Below are positions 27,479-39,597 of a stretch of 64,000 nucleotides of DNA, piece by piece; position 1 is the stretch's first letter; each line of letters begins with the position of its first letter. The stretch spans positions 1 to 64,000 of the forward strand of contig CAVZJB010000004.1 in assembly GCA_963775425.1 (NCBI GenBank), written 5' to 3'. Source of the stretch: an uncultured delta proteobacterium (lineage in GTDB: Bacteria > Myxococcota > UBA727 > VGSZ01). A program made the translations under genes and the position numbers. Below the pieces are notes generated by a model. It was not told the origin of the DNA. It searched no databases and saw only the letters and a program-made list of their open reading frames with translations.

Positions 27479-29017
27479 CTACCGCGGATCGATCAGGTAC
27501 GCGACGTCACCCGCCAGCGGCACGTCGACACCGCCGGCGAACGCGCGCGCGAGCTCGCGGCCGTCCTGGCCGACCACGCGGGCGCCGTCGCCGAGGCCGT
27601 CGACGGAGACGTGGGCGGCGGCGCCGTCGACGCCGGCGAAGCGCCAGCACGCGATCACGGTCTCGCCGTCGTTCGCGAACGCGAGCGCGCGAGCGCCTGG
27701 GTCGAGGCGGAGGTCCTTCGAGACGTCGCGCACGAAGCGCGCGTCGCCGAGCACGTCGAGGAGCGTGCGGACCGCCCGCGCCGCCGGCTTCTCGCTGCCG
27801 TCGACGCGCAGGAGTCCGAACGCGGCCTCCTGGTTGATGTCGGGCTCCACGTCGAAGTCGCGCAGGGTGTAGAGGTACACGCGCTCGACCCCGTCGGCGG
27901 ACGCGATGAGGATCGCGCGCACGGTGTCGCGCGCCTGCTGCGCCTCGGAGACGCCGCGCACGGTCTCGAGGAGCTTGTCGAAGTCGCCATCGCCGAACGC
28001 GGCCTTGCCGAGGCCGACCACGAGCGGATCGAGGCCGAAGACGCGCGCGATGTCGTCGACGCTCTCGGGGACGCCGGGGTTCGTCGGCCAACCCTCCTCG
28101 GTGATCCACAGCGGCGGCGCGGTCCCGGCGCCGTGGGCGGCGAGCACCGCGCGCACGTGGCTCGCCTGCGTGTGCAACGAGCCCTGCTCGCGCCCGGGGA
28201 ACGGCGCGGTCTCCACCTCGGGCGCGTCCTTCGGGTACTGGTAGGGGTGGAACGCGACGGCGTCGACGATGGCGGCGGCGCCGGGATCGTTCGCGAGCAC
28301 CTCGTCGAGGAACGCGGGGCCCTGCGGATAGACGTCGATGTCGGGGACGGGCTGCGGCATCGAGAGCCCGCCGAGGACGAAGGTGCACGACGGGCACGCG
28401 GCGTGACCCGCAGCGGCGGCCTTGTCGAGGAGCGCGCCGTACGCCACCGGGCTCGCCTGCGGCCGCCAGAAGCGATAGCCGATGTTCTCCTCGTTCCACA
28501 CCTCCCAGTCGACGACGCGCGCGCCATAGCGATCGACGACCTGGGTGACGTAGTCGGCGAAGTGCTGCGGGTCCTGCGGGGGGAACAACGTCTCCGGCGG
28601 GTTGTCGAGCGTGAGGTCCGTGGCGGGCGCGCTGCCGTCGGCGCCGGTCTGCGGGTAGATGGGGTTTCCGTAGTCGAGGATGCCGAGGAGGTGCACGCCG
28701 GCTGCGTCGGCGTCATCGACGACGACGTCGAGGTCGTCGAAGCTCCAGGTCCCGGGCGCGGTCTCGAGGCGGTGCCACGTGAAGTCCCCGCGCACGTTCA
28801 CCACGCCGACAGACGCGAGCGCGGCGAGGTCGTCCTGCCGGGAAGCGCGCGCGTCGGCGCCGGCGCCCCAGCGGAGGTTCCACGAGACGCCGACGCGCTC
28901 GCGCATCGTCGGACCGGAGCCGTCGGCGACGCCGGGCAGCGGCGCCGCGCAGGAGAGGCTCGAGGCGCAGGCGAGCGCCGCCCCGAGGAGGATCGCCGTG
29001 TCGTGCAAACGCCCCAC
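27479..29017 (-). CDS. Secreted clan GH-A glycoside hydrolase (GH39/GH5-like)
   Basis: RGDFTW, WEVWNEEN acid/base, AFHPY, WITEEG nucleophile, FGL. Confidence 0.8.
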   Translation of the reverse strand: MGRLHDTAILLGAALACASSLSCAAPLPGVADGSGPTMRERVGVSWNLRWGAGADARASRQDDLAALASVGVVNVRGDFTWHRLETAPGTWSFDDLDVVVDDADAAGVHLLGILDYGNPIYPQTGADGSAPATDLTLDNPPETLFPPQDPQHFADYVTQVVDRYGARVVDWEVWNEENIGYRFWRPQASPVAYGALLDKAAAAGHAACPSCTFVLGGLSMPQPVPDIDVYPQGPAFLDEVLANDPGAAAIVDAVAFHPYQYPKDAPEVETAPFPGREQGSLHTQASHVRAVLAAHGAGTAPPLWITEEGWPTNPGVPESVDDIARVFGLDPLVVGLGKAAFGDGDFDKLLETVRGVSEAQQARDTVRAILIASADGVERVYLYTLRDFDVEPDINQEAAFGLLRVDGSEKPAARAVRTLLDVLGDARFVRDVSKDLRLDPGARALAFANDGETVIACWRFAGVDGAAAHVSVDGLGDGARVVGQDGRELARAFAGGVDVPLAGDVAYLIDPR

Positions 29018-29076
29018 GCGCCGATGCTGGCGCGATTGACTCCGGTGTCAACCCCGCTCGAAGCGTATGCTGCGGC

Positions 29077-29487
29077 ATGACACGCATCCACGCTCGTCCC
29101 GTTCACCCGAGGCCGCAAACCGGCGACCTCGACGCCGTGCGCGGGCGCATCGCCCGGCTCAAGGCCACGTCCACGGACCCGATGACGAGCTCACACTTCG
29201 CCGAGGTCAAGCTCCACGAGCTCACCGATCTCGACGCGCGCGCCTTCGCCGCCATCGTCGAGGAAAAGAGCCCCGATTGGCGCGAGAAGGCGCCCGCCTT
29301 CGACGCCTACTTCGCCGACGTCCGCGCCCACGTCGACGCGCGCCGCGCCGCAGACCCCGGCTTCGACGCCCTGAAGGACACGCGCGAGAACTTCGCCGCA
29401 TACCTGCGCCACGTCGTCATCCTCCACGCCATCGAGGAGCGCCGCGCCGCGCGAGGCGCCGCGCACGAGGACGACGGGCACAGCTAG
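29077..29487 (+). CDS. Hypothetical protein
   Basis: GC3-biased frame with natural composition; no motif recognised. Confidence 0.55.
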   Translation: MTRIHARPVHPRPQTGDLDAVRGRIARLKATSTDPMTSSHFAEVKLHELTDLDARAFAAIVEEKSPDWREKAPAFDAYFADVRAHVDARRAADPGFDALKDTRENFAAYLRHVVILHAIEERRAARGAAHEDDGHS

Positions 29488-29640
29488 AGAAGTGATCCGC
29501 ACAGCGGAAAAGGGTCAGTGCCGGCACGCGCGGTGGTCCCGCCGCCGGTGCGCCTGTCGGCATCGTGCGCATCGACGACGTGCGGGCAGCGCTTCGCGCC
29601 GAGTGCTTGGCCGACCCATTTGTTTTTGCGGTTCAACTCT

Positions 29641-30108
29641 CTAGCGCGCCGTGAGCGCGGCGCGCACGTCCACGCGCGCGGCCGCCAGGAGGGAGCGCTC
29701 GCAGGCGGCCTGCACCTGCGCCTCCGCGACCGAGCGCTCGTGGTCGAGGCCGGCGAGGTGACAGATGCCGTGAGCGACGAGCACGGCGATCTCCACGTCG
29801 AGGCCGTGGCCTTGCGCCCGCGCCTGCCGGCGCGCGGTGTCGACGGAGATGACCAGATCGCCGAGCACGTCCTCGGCGCCGGGGGTGGGCTCCCCGGCCG
29901 GGAACGAGAGCACGTCGGTGGGCGCGTCCACCCTGCGCCACGCGCGGTTCAGCGCCCGCATCTCGAGGTCGTGGACAAACGTCAGCCCCACGTCGACGGC
30001 GCCGGCGTTGGCGACGCGGAACACGCGCCGCGCGAGCTTCAGGCTGCCGCGCTTGTCGTCGCGGAGCAGGCGTTGGCCGAGCACCAGGAGCTGCCCGCGC
30101 TCCCTCAC
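29641..30108 (-). CDS. ybeY: rRNA maturation endoribonuclease YbeY
   Basis: PTDVLSF, LGDLVIS, HGICHLAGLDH; GTG start overlaps the HD gene stop. Confidence 0.9.
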   Translation of the reverse strand: MRERGQLLVLGQRLLRDDKRGSLKLARRVFRVANAGAVDVGLTFVHDLEMRALNRAWRRVDAPTDVLSFPAGEPTPGAEDVLGDLVISVDTARRQARAQGHGLDVEIAVLVAHGICHLAGLDHERSVAEAQVQAACERSLLAAARVDVRAALTAR

Positions 30109-32554
30109 GCCGCGTCCTGCCGGAACATGCGCAGCAGCGCGCGTTGCAAGGCCTCGCGCGCGCGGCCGAGCTCCTTCAACGACAGCTCGCACTCCGAGAG
30201 CGTGTCCTCGGCGATGGCGCGGTTCACGAACGCGTCGACGAGCCCACACAGGCCCTCGGGCGTGGGCTTGTCCAACTGGCGTGACGCCGCCTCCACCTGA
30301 TCGGCGAGCATCACCAGGGCGCTCTCCCGCGTCTGCGGCGCCCTGCCCGTGTAGCGGAAGCCGCGCTCGTCGACGTCGTCGTCGGTGGCCGAGCGCGCCT
30401 TGGCGAGGAAGCCGTCCATGAGGTTGTCGACGTGGTGCTCCTCGATGGCCGCGGACACCGCCTTGGGGAGCCCGCGCTCCGCCGCGAGGGCGAGCCCGTC
30501 CTTCACGTGGTTGCGCAACAGCTCCGCGCTCTGCTCCGCGGGCAGGCGGTCGTGCGGGTTGTCGCCCTTCTGGTTCTCCGAGAACATCAGCGGGTGCTTC
30601 ATCTTGCCGACGTCGTGGTACAGCGCCATGACGCGCGCGAGGATGGGGGACGCGTTCACCGCGCGCGCCGCCGCCTCCGCCAGCTCCGCCGTGCGCATGC
30701 TGTGGTGCCACGTGCCCGGCGCGTGCACGATCAGGTCCTTGAGGAGCGGGTGGTTCAGATCGGCGAGCTTGTAGAGCCGCTGCTCGGTGGTGTAGCCGAA
30801 GAGCACCTCGACGAGCGGCGTGACGACGAGCACGAGCAAGCCCGACAACAGACCGCCGGCGAACGTCGCGGACAGAAGCCACAACAGCTCCCAGCCGACG
30901 AGCGCGCCGCGGAACAGCTCGAGCGTGAGCGCCGCGAACATGCCAACGAGGCCCGCGCCGGCGCCCGCGAGCAGCAGCGTCGAGCGGCGCTGCGAAAACG
31001 ACACGCCCGCGGCGCCGGTGAGCGAGCTGACCATCGCCACCACGGCCCACTCCATGCCGGGCTCGACGACCACGCCCCCGAGGAGCGCGATCACGAGCGA
31101 GAACAGCAGCGCGACGTCGGGCGGCAACGTGAGCCGCGCCGTCATGGCTCCGAACGCCACCGGCACCGCGAAGAACAGCACCTCCGCCGGCATCTCCGGC
31201 ACCGCCGACTGCAACAGCGGCGTGATGGCGTCGGCGGCGACGATGCCGAGGAGCTGCACGAGGAGAAGCGTGGAGAGGAACGCGAGGTCCTTGGTGCGCA
31301 GGTTGCGCCGGAACACGCGGCGCGCGCCGAAGAGATAGACGACGAGGCACAAAAGACCGACGAAGAACGCGGTGCCGCTCACCGCGCGCGTGCGCATGTC
31401 CCCGGCCTGCTGCACCTTCATGGCCTGCACGAGCAGGTGGTGCGTCGGCGTGATGATCTCGCCGGGGCGAAGCACGAGCTCGCCGCGGTGGGCGCGGACG
31501 ATGACGGGCGGGACGGCGTCGGCGGCGTCGCGGCGACGCTGATCGGTCTCCGCGGCGTTGAAGGTCAGCGTGGCGCGAACGAGGCCGGCGACGAACGCGC
31601 CCACGCTCTCGGCGTCGGCCTCGCCGAGCGCGTGCTTCTGGGCGAGGTCGGCGGCGATCTTGCCGGCGACCGCGGTGCGCGCGCCGGCGACGTCTTCGAT
31701 GTCGGCGACCTCGCGCCGCGTCTCGCCGCCGGGGCGCTTGGGCACCACGCGCACGACCACCTGCGTCTGCGCGTCGCTCGTGAGCGTGCGCGACAACAGC
31801 GCCTTGTCCTCGACCACGGGCTGCGTGAGCGCGTCGGTGAGCCGCTCGTCGATGGCGTCGGCGACGGCGGGCGCGCGCCAGATGGCCTTGACGAGCGCCT
31901 GCCACACGTCGTCGCGCGGGGCCTCGACGCCGACGAGGGCGAGCTCGCCGGCGAGCACGGCGCGCACGGCGTCCGCCGCGGCCGTGGCGGCCGTAGGAAG
32001 CTTGTGCGCGTCGACGCCGGCGGCGGCCTCGCCCCTTTCCTGCGCCGCGGTCGCGGCGTCGCCCGGCGCAGCGTCCTGCGACGCGCCGTCGCCGTGGCCA
32101 GCGCGCGACGAGGAGCGCACGGGCTCGAGCGCGACGGCGAGGCGCACGAGGCCCCTGTGCAGCACCTGCGCGTCCTTCTGCGACATGGACACGTCGAGGT
32201 CCCACACCGGGGCGCTCTTGGCGCCCGCCGTCGTGCGCAGGGCGTTGGTGGCGTCGGGGTCGACGAGCGTGTAGTCGCGGTCGGCCTTCACGAACGCGCG
32301 CGCCGGCGTGCCGACGAGCGCGGGGTCGTCGGGCAGATCGCCACGCACGAGGCGCGGCGCGAGGAGGAACGCCGCGCTCGTTCCGAGCAACAGCAGGAGC
32401 GCGATGCGCAGCACCATCGACAACGGCCGCGCGCGCGGCCGATCGCGCCGCGGGCGCCGCGGCCGCGAGCCGCCGGGTGGCAGCGCGAGATCGTCGTCGT
32501 CGACGGTGAGCTCGCCGGCGTCGGGCACGGGCCGCAGGTGCTTCACCTCACCGG

Positions 32555-32558
<4 letters not shown>
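30105..32558 (-). CDS. 7TM-HD phosphohydrolase (PgpH-like, HDIG family)
   Basis: APGTWHHS, YHDVGK, ENQ, HV.DG, EHH, MLADQVEAA; multiple TM helices; phoH-HD-ybeY synteny. Confidence 0.88.
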
Positions 32559-33571
<1,013 letters not shown>

Positions 33572-33582
33572 GATGACGCGAT

Positions 33583-34794
33583 CTAGCGAAGCGGCAGCGA
33601 CAATGCGTAGCTGTCGACGCCGCGGCGGTACGCGTAGGAGGTGGAGAAGGGGAAGGTGAGCTCGCGCTCGGCGACGAGGCCCTTGTCTACGAGATCCTCG
33701 AGCTTGGCCGGATAGATACCCTCGAGGAGCCGGTAGGTCTGGATGGCCTGGTCGAGCCGCACGCGCTCGGCGTCGCCGAGCTTCTCGCGCACGGCGGCGC
33801 GGTGCACCACGACGGTGTCGTCGGTGGCGAGCACGCCGATGTCGCTGGTGGACGCGAGGCGCACGAGGCCGCCCACCGCCGCCGCCACCACCGCGTAGAG
33901 CGCGACGCGCGTGAGCACCGGCGCCACGCCCGCCCACGCGCGCCGCAGCGTGAACGGCTCGTCGTCGCCCTTCTTCTCCTCGACGCGCGGGATGACCACA
34001 CGCAAAAAGCCGCTGGAGACGAGGTTGGCCAGCGCCTTGGAGGTCTCGAACTCCCCGAGGCGCGACAGGTCGATGATGTCCTGCACGGTGCGCGTCGACG
34101 AGACCAGCGGGAACACGCGACGCTCCGCGGCGCCGAGCTTCTTGGCCGGGGCGCCGAGCGAATCGGCGGAGACCTCGGAGCTCGTCTCGCCGAACGCGTC
34201 GGCCATGCCCGCGAGGATGTCCTCGTCGTCGCCCCCCTGCGCCGACGGCGGCGGGATGTCGCGCAGCTCCGTGAACGTGCAGCGCGACGACGGGATCACC
34301 TTCCGGACGGCGGGCCACTCGTCCACCATCCGGAAACCCTCCATGAGGATGTTCTCGGCGCGGATGGGCTCGTAGCTCTGCTCGTCGTAGTCGACGGGAG
34401 TGGCGGTGAACTCGTAGGTGCCCTTTCGCCACATGAAGAGCCGGTAGATGGTCTCCGTGGTCTGAAGACGCGCGATCTCCTTGAGCGTGGCGCGGTCGGC
34501 CGCGTTCATCTCGATGAGGATGTCGCCGAGGCGGCGCAGCGTGCGCTCCTGGGTGACGAGCGCCTCGTCGAGCTGCTCCTCGGTGATGACGCCGGCGCGC
34601 ACGAGCATGTTGCCGAGCAGCTCGGCGCGCTCGCGCGACGATTGCTCCGCCTTCACGACGTTTCCCTCGACGAAGAAGATGCGCACCTCCAGCTCTTTGT
34701 CCTTGAGCAGGAGGACGCCGGTCTTTTGCTGGTGACCGACGAGCTGGAAGATGTCGGGCAGGCCGAAGTCGCCGAGGGTGCCTCTGAGCGCCAT
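33583..34794 (-). CDS. DUF4388 domain protein with GSPII-N-like repeat and C-terminal TM/pseudopilin-like segment
   Basis: MALRGTLGDFGLPDIFQL..KTGVL, LGNMLV..G.IT, RLGDILI; GGAGG RBS. Confidence 0.8.
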   Translation of the reverse strand: MALRGTLGDFGLPDIFQLVGHQQKTGVLLLKDKELEVRIFFVEGNVVKAEQSSRERAELLGNMLVRAGVITEEQLDEALVTQERTLRRLGDILIEMNAADRATLKEIARLQTTETIYRLFMWRKGTYEFTATPVDYDEQSYEPIRAENILMEGFRMVDEWPAVRKVIPSSRCTFTELRDIPPPSAQGGDDEDILAGMADAFGETSSEVSADSLGAPAKKLGAAERRVFPLVSSTRTVQDIIDLSRLGEFETSKALANLVSSGFLRVVIPRVEEKKGDDEPFTLRRAWAGVAPVLTRVALYAVVAAAVGGLVRLASTSDIGVLATDDTVVVHRAAVREKLGDAERVRLDQAIQTYRLLEGIYPAKLEDLVDKGLVAERELTFPFSTSYAYRRGVDSYALSLPLR

Positions 34795-34796
34795 GC

Positions 34797-37170
34797 CTAC
34801 CTCCTGCCCCGCCCGCTGGCGTCGCCGGCGAGGATGACGGTGGAGCGCAGCGCGATGAGCCACACGAGCCCGGCCACCACGCTCACGGCCACGAGCGGCG
34901 GCGTGTGCCCCCAGGGCCCTTCGAGGCGCGGCATCGGCAGCAGGCCGAGCGCGAGCCCGATGCAGCACAGGCCCGCGCCGTGCAGGACGGCGAAGACGAG
35001 GCCGCGCACGGGCGCCTCGCCGAAGATGTGTCCGGCACCCGGCCACACGATGCCGAGCGCGAGGATGGCGCGGCTCAGGCGCGTGCGGCGCCGGATGATC
35101 TCGCGCTCCTTCCTGAGCTTCACGCCGGCGTCGATGCGAGAGCGCGTCGAGACGAAGGCGTGGAAGCACTGCCCGCAGGTGTCCTCGGGGACGTCCTTGC
35201 CGTCGACGCGGCTGCTGGCGGGATCGCCGCAGCGAACGCACGGCTGCGACGGCGCGATCTTCTTGCGCGCCGCGAGCAGCGCCAGCCACACGAGCGGGAA
35301 CGCGCCGAGGATGCCGGCGGCGCGCGTGCCGGTCTGCCCGCGGAACAGGAGCCGCGCGATGCCGTCGGCCACGGCGCTGCTCTCGGGCGTCGGCTGCGAC
35401 ATCGCCTCGTGGAGGAGCTCGTGCGCCGACGGGTAGATGTCGATGAGCGCGCGGTTTTGCCCGACGGTCTGGTCGGGCGCGCGGAACGTGGTGCGGCGGT
35501 AGGCGTTCAAGAGGTCCGGCGCCTCCCGCGCCACGGGGCTCACCGCGCTGCCCGCCTTGTCGGTGCGGCCGGCGCGGTAGTGGAGCACCGAGATGTCGAA
35601 GGACGCCGCGTGCTCGTGGGGGTTGGCCGCGACCGCCTTGCCCAGCTCCGCGAGCGCGGTGTCCTCGTCGCCGCGCAGGGACGCGATCACGCCGAGCTCC
35701 GCGTGCGCCCACGGCAGGCTGCCGTCCTTGGCGACGATGGCCTCGAAGCGGTTGACGGCGTCGTCGAGGCGGCCCTCGCGCTTGGCCGCGAGGCCCAGGG
35801 CGGCCTGCTCGACGACGTCGAGGTCGGCGGGTGAGCTCTTCGCGAGCTCGGTGCGCAGCGGCTCGGCGTCGGCGTCGAAGAGCGCGCGCACGGCGCGGTC
35901 GGCGCGGGAGCCGGGGTACGCGACGAGGCGCGCGACGCGATCGACGGCGAGGGGAGCGGCCACGCACGACAGCGCGACAACGAGGAGCAGGACGCGCTCG
36001 CGTTGCGACACGTACAGCCACGCCAGCGTGAGGATCCACAGCGAGCCGAAGACGGGGCCGGCCCCGACGACGAGCGGGCACACGGCCGCCATGACGACGA
36101 GCGCGAGCACCTGTCCGCCGTGGGCGCCCTTGGGCAGCACCTGCAGGAGGTCGAAGCTCAGGATGCGCAGCGACGGCAGGCCGCGCAGGAGCGCGAAGAG
36201 CACGAGCGCCAGCACGACGAGGGCGACGAGGACCGCGAGCGCGCGCGCCGCCACCTGCGAGATGGCCAGGGGATCGCTGAAGTGTGCGCGGGCGGCGTCG
36301 CCGAAGGCGTTGATGGTGCCGCCCACGTCGCCCTCGCGCCAGCGCAAGAGCGCCTGCGCCGTGTGCACGGCGACGAGGTCGGGGGCGGCGTGGGCGGCGG
36401 CGTCGAGGAGCGCGCCGGCGGACTCGAGGTCTCCGTCGTCGAGCGCCTTGTGGCCCTCGATGACGAGCGCGGTGGCGACCGCGGTGGACTGAAAGCCGCC
36501 CGGGATGCCTTGCACACCGAAGTCGAGCAGCGCGGCGTCGATGTCGGCGAGCTGCTTGCGCGCCCGGCCGACCTCGCCGCGCCGGACTGTGGCCTCGCGC
36601 CCGTCCCACTTCTCGAGGTAGGCCGCGTACGTGGTCTCGAGGACCCGAACGCCGCCGTCGCCCGCGAAGGGGTCGCCGCTGCCGAGCGCGGACGCTGCCC
36701 CGGACGGCGCGCCGGACGGCGTGCCGGAAGACGGCGTGCCGGAAGACGGCGTACCGGGAGGCGGCGTGGCCGAAGGCGGCGCTCCCGGGGCGGGCGCTCC
36801 GGGGTCCGGCGTGGCCGCCGTAGCGGGGGCGGGCGTGGCGGAGGAGGGCGTGCCGGCGGCGGGTGACGGCGTCGCGGGCGCCGGCTCGTGGGCCGCGGGC
36901 CCCGCGTCGGCCGGGGGCGTGGCGGGCTTTTCGGCGGCGGCGTCGGGAGCGTCGAGGTCGACGTCGGCGAGGTTGGTGGGCTTGTTCGGCTCCACCTCCT
37001 CGACGAACTCGCGCTGGGCGAGCGCCGGCGCGGCGAGCACGACGAGGACCGTCCACAGCAGGAGGCTCGAGGGCCGCCGCTCGACCGCGCCCGACACCCG
37101 GCGCGACATTCGGGCCGACACCCGGCGCGACATTCGGGCCGACACCCGGGCCGACGTTCGGCCCGACATT
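34797..37170 (-). CDS. TPR-containing multi-pass membrane protein with CxxC...CxxC motif
   Basis: Signal peptide, TPR-like helices, TM segments, CVRCG...CGQC, PGAGH; start uncertain within the 12-nt repeat. Confidence 0.75.
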
Positions 37171-37174
37171 CGGC
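37091..37174. repeat. About 7 x 12-nt (24-nt higher-order) tandem repeat
   Basis: Alternating ccgacacccggc / gcgacattcggg units. Confidence 0.8.
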
Positions 37175-37220
37175 ACGAGGGGCCCTCAGGCCCGGGGATG
37201 CGGGGCATCGACGTGGATTA

Positions 37221-38147
37221 TCACGCCGGGACGCCGAGCAGCCACTCGAGCAACGCCTGCTGCACACAGAGACGGTTGCCCGCCTGTTGAAAAGCGACCG
37301 AGTGCATTCCCTCGAGGACCTCGTCGGTGATCTCCTCGCCGCGGCGCGCGGGCAGCGGGTGGAGCACCGTGTGGTCGTCGGCGGCGCGAGCGACGAGGGC
37401 GTCGTTCACCTGGAAGGGCATGAGCGCCTTCGCGCGCGCCTCGCGCGCGGCCCCGTCGAGCGGCGCGAGCGAAGGCCACGCGTCCGTGGACACCACGCCG
37501 GCGCCGTCGACCGCGGCGACCGGATCGTGCAGCACCTGCACGCGCGCCCCCGCCGCGCGGGCCTTCTGCAGGTAGAGCGCGTCGGGCGCCTGCCCTTCGG
37601 GCATGGCGAGCGCGAGCTCGATGCCCGTGATGGCGGCGAGCGCGACGAGGCCGTTGGCGGTGCCGCGCACCTCGCCGAGGTAGGCCCACTTCACGTCGAA
37701 GGGCCGCTCCTTGCGCTCGAACACGGTGAACATGTCGGTGATCACCTGGCAGGGGTGGTCGAGCTCGGACGAGCCGTTCACGACGGGGACGCCGGCGTGC
37801 TTGGCCAGCTCCTCGACGCTCGCGTGGACCCGCGCACGCACGACGAACGCGTCGAAGTAGCTGCCGAGCACGCGGGCGGCGTCGCGCAGCGGCTCGCCTT
37901 CCGTGTGAAGCTGCGTGTCGCGGCCGTGCAACACGACGCTCGAGCCGCCGAGGAGCGCCACGCCCGCCTCGAAGCTCGCGCGCGTTCGCGTCGACGGCTT
38001 TTCGAACAGCATGCCGACCACCCGCCCCGACAGCGTGGGCGCGAGCCGGTGATCGCCGCGCTGGCGCTTGAGCGTCTGCGCGCGCAGCAGGAGCTTCTCG
38101 AGGGTGGCCTTGTCGACGACGTCGAAGACGGTGCGCAGGTGGAGCAT
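37221..38147 (-). CDS. argF: Ornithine carbamoyltransferase-like protein (divergent)
   Basis: FEKPSTRTR, HPCQ, RGEEIT, QAGNRL..Q.ALL; ornithine-site motifs are altered. Confidence 0.75.
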   Translation of the reverse strand: MLHLRTVFDVVDKATLEKLLLRAQTLKRQRGDHRLAPTLSGRVVGMLFEKPSTRTRASFEAGVALLGGSSVVLHGRDTQLHTEGEPLRDAARVLGSYFDAFVVRARVHASVEELAKHAGVPVVNGSSELDHPCQVITDMFTVFERKERPFDVKWAYLGEVRGTANGLVALAAITGIELALAMPEGQAPDALYLQKARAAGARVQVLHDPVAAVDGAGVVSTDAWPSLAPLDGAAREARAKALMPFQVNDALVARAADDHTVLHPLPARRGEEITDEVLEGMHSVAFQQAGNRLCVQQALLEWLLGVPA

Positions 38148-38239
38148 GCCGCTGCCTAGCACCCGCCCCCGGCGCTGGACAAGCCGCCGCTCCACGTCCG
38201 CCGTCGCGGGGCGCGGCGGCTCGCCCGCCGCCGGAGCGG

Positions 38240-39589
38240 TCAGAACTTCTTGGTGGGATCGTCGACGAGGGTCCCGGCGGGGATGCGCACCGTGTCGCCG
38301 CCCTCCTCGTCGACGGGGAGCTCCACCGCCACCGCGCGCGGCACGGGGTTGCTGCCGGTGTGGGGCGGGGTCGGCAGGGTCACCGACGCCGCCGGCTCGT
38401 CGATCATCGCCGGCTGCTGCTTGGTGGGGGCGTCGTCGAAGAGGCTCGGGTCGTCGGTGGGGGCCTCGAACGGGAGGATCTGCACGTCCGCGCTCTCCGC
38501 GGTCTGGGGGACGGTCGGCAGCCGCGCCGTGTCGCCCGGAAACGGATCCGCGAGCGGGGAGAGCGGTCGCACCTCACCGCTCGGCGCCGACGACGCCTCG
38601 AACGTCACCGGGCGCGGCGCGCCGCGCGACACAGACGTGCGCCCGCGCATCACCGCCACCATCGGCTCCGGCTCGTCGTCGACGTCGCTGGCGGTGACGT
38701 CCATGAGGTCGCGATAAAAGGCGACGTCGGCGTCCCGGTCGAGCAGGCCCTGCGCGCGCGCCTGGATGGTGAGGTCGACGTCGGCGCCGGTGGGCACGCG
38801 GGCGCTCTGGTCCTTGGCGAGCAAGCACATCACGAGCTGCTCCACCCAAGGGGGCACGTCGGCGTTGCGCGCGCGCACGGGCTCCGGCTCGGCCCCGAGG
38901 ATGGCGCGCATGATGCCGAGGTCGTTGTTGCCCTGGAACGGGTAGCGCCCCGTCAGCAACCAGTAGGCGGTGACGCCGAGGGAGAAGAGGTCGGCGCGCC
39001 CGTCGAGCTCGCGGCTCTCGAGGTGCTCCGGCGACATGAAGTTGATCTTGCCGCGCCGCTCGCCCTGCTCCGTCAAGAGCTTCATGGTGGCGCCCCGCGC
39101 GACGCTGAAGTCGAGCAGCTTGGTGGTGCCGTCGGCGACGAAGAAGAGGTTGTCCGGGGAGACGTCGCGGTGGACGAGCTTCTCGGGTTGGCGGTGGATG
39201 TAGTCGAGGCCGCGGGCGGCGTCGGCGACCACGCGCAGCGCCAGCTCGATGGGCAGCGCCCGCTCCGCGCGCCACGCCCGCAGCGCGAGCTGCTCGACGG
39301 TGATGCCGGCGAGGTACTCGAGCGCGATGTAGAGCTCTCCGTCGTCGGCGCGGCCGCAGTCGAGGATCTGCACGACGTTTGGGTGGCTGAGGCCGGAGAG
39401 GATCCCGGCCTCGCGCATGAACATCTCCTCGAGGCGCTCGTCGTCGATGAGCTCCCGACGCATGCGCTTGACGACGACCTGCTTGAACGTGGGGCCGAGG
39501 GGCTTTTTGGCCAGGAAGATCTCGGTGGCGCCCCGGGCACCGAGGCGCCGCTCGAGGACATAGGGACCAAGCCGGGACTCGGGGGCCAC
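38240..39589 (-). CDS. Ser/Thr protein kinase (cytoplasmic, atypical motifs)
   Basis: VVVKR, HRDVSPDN, DFS, MSPE, DLFSLG; disordered tail. Confidence 0.85.
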   Translation of the reverse strand: MAPESRLGPYVLERRLGARGATEIFLAKKPLGPTFKQVVVKRMRRELIDDERLEEMFMREAGILSGLSHPNVVQILDCGRADDGELYIALEYLAGITVEQLALRAWRAERALPIELALRVVADAARGLDYIHRQPEKLVHRDVSPDNLFFVADGTTKLLDFSVARGATMKLLTEQGERRGKINFMSPEHLESRELDGRADLFSLGVTAYWLLTGRYPFQGNNDLGIMRAILGAEPEPVRARNADVPPWVEQLVMCLLAKDQSARVPTGADVDLTIQARAQGLLDRDADVAFYRDLMDVTASDVDDEPEPMVAVMRGRTSVSRGAPRPVTFEASSAPSGEVRPLSPLADPFPGDTARLPTVPQTAESADVQILPFEAPTDDPSLFDDAPTKQQPAMIDEPAASVTLPTPPHTGSNPVPRAVAVELPVDEEGGDTVRIPAGTLVDDPTKKF

Positions 39590-39597
39590 GAACCTCT

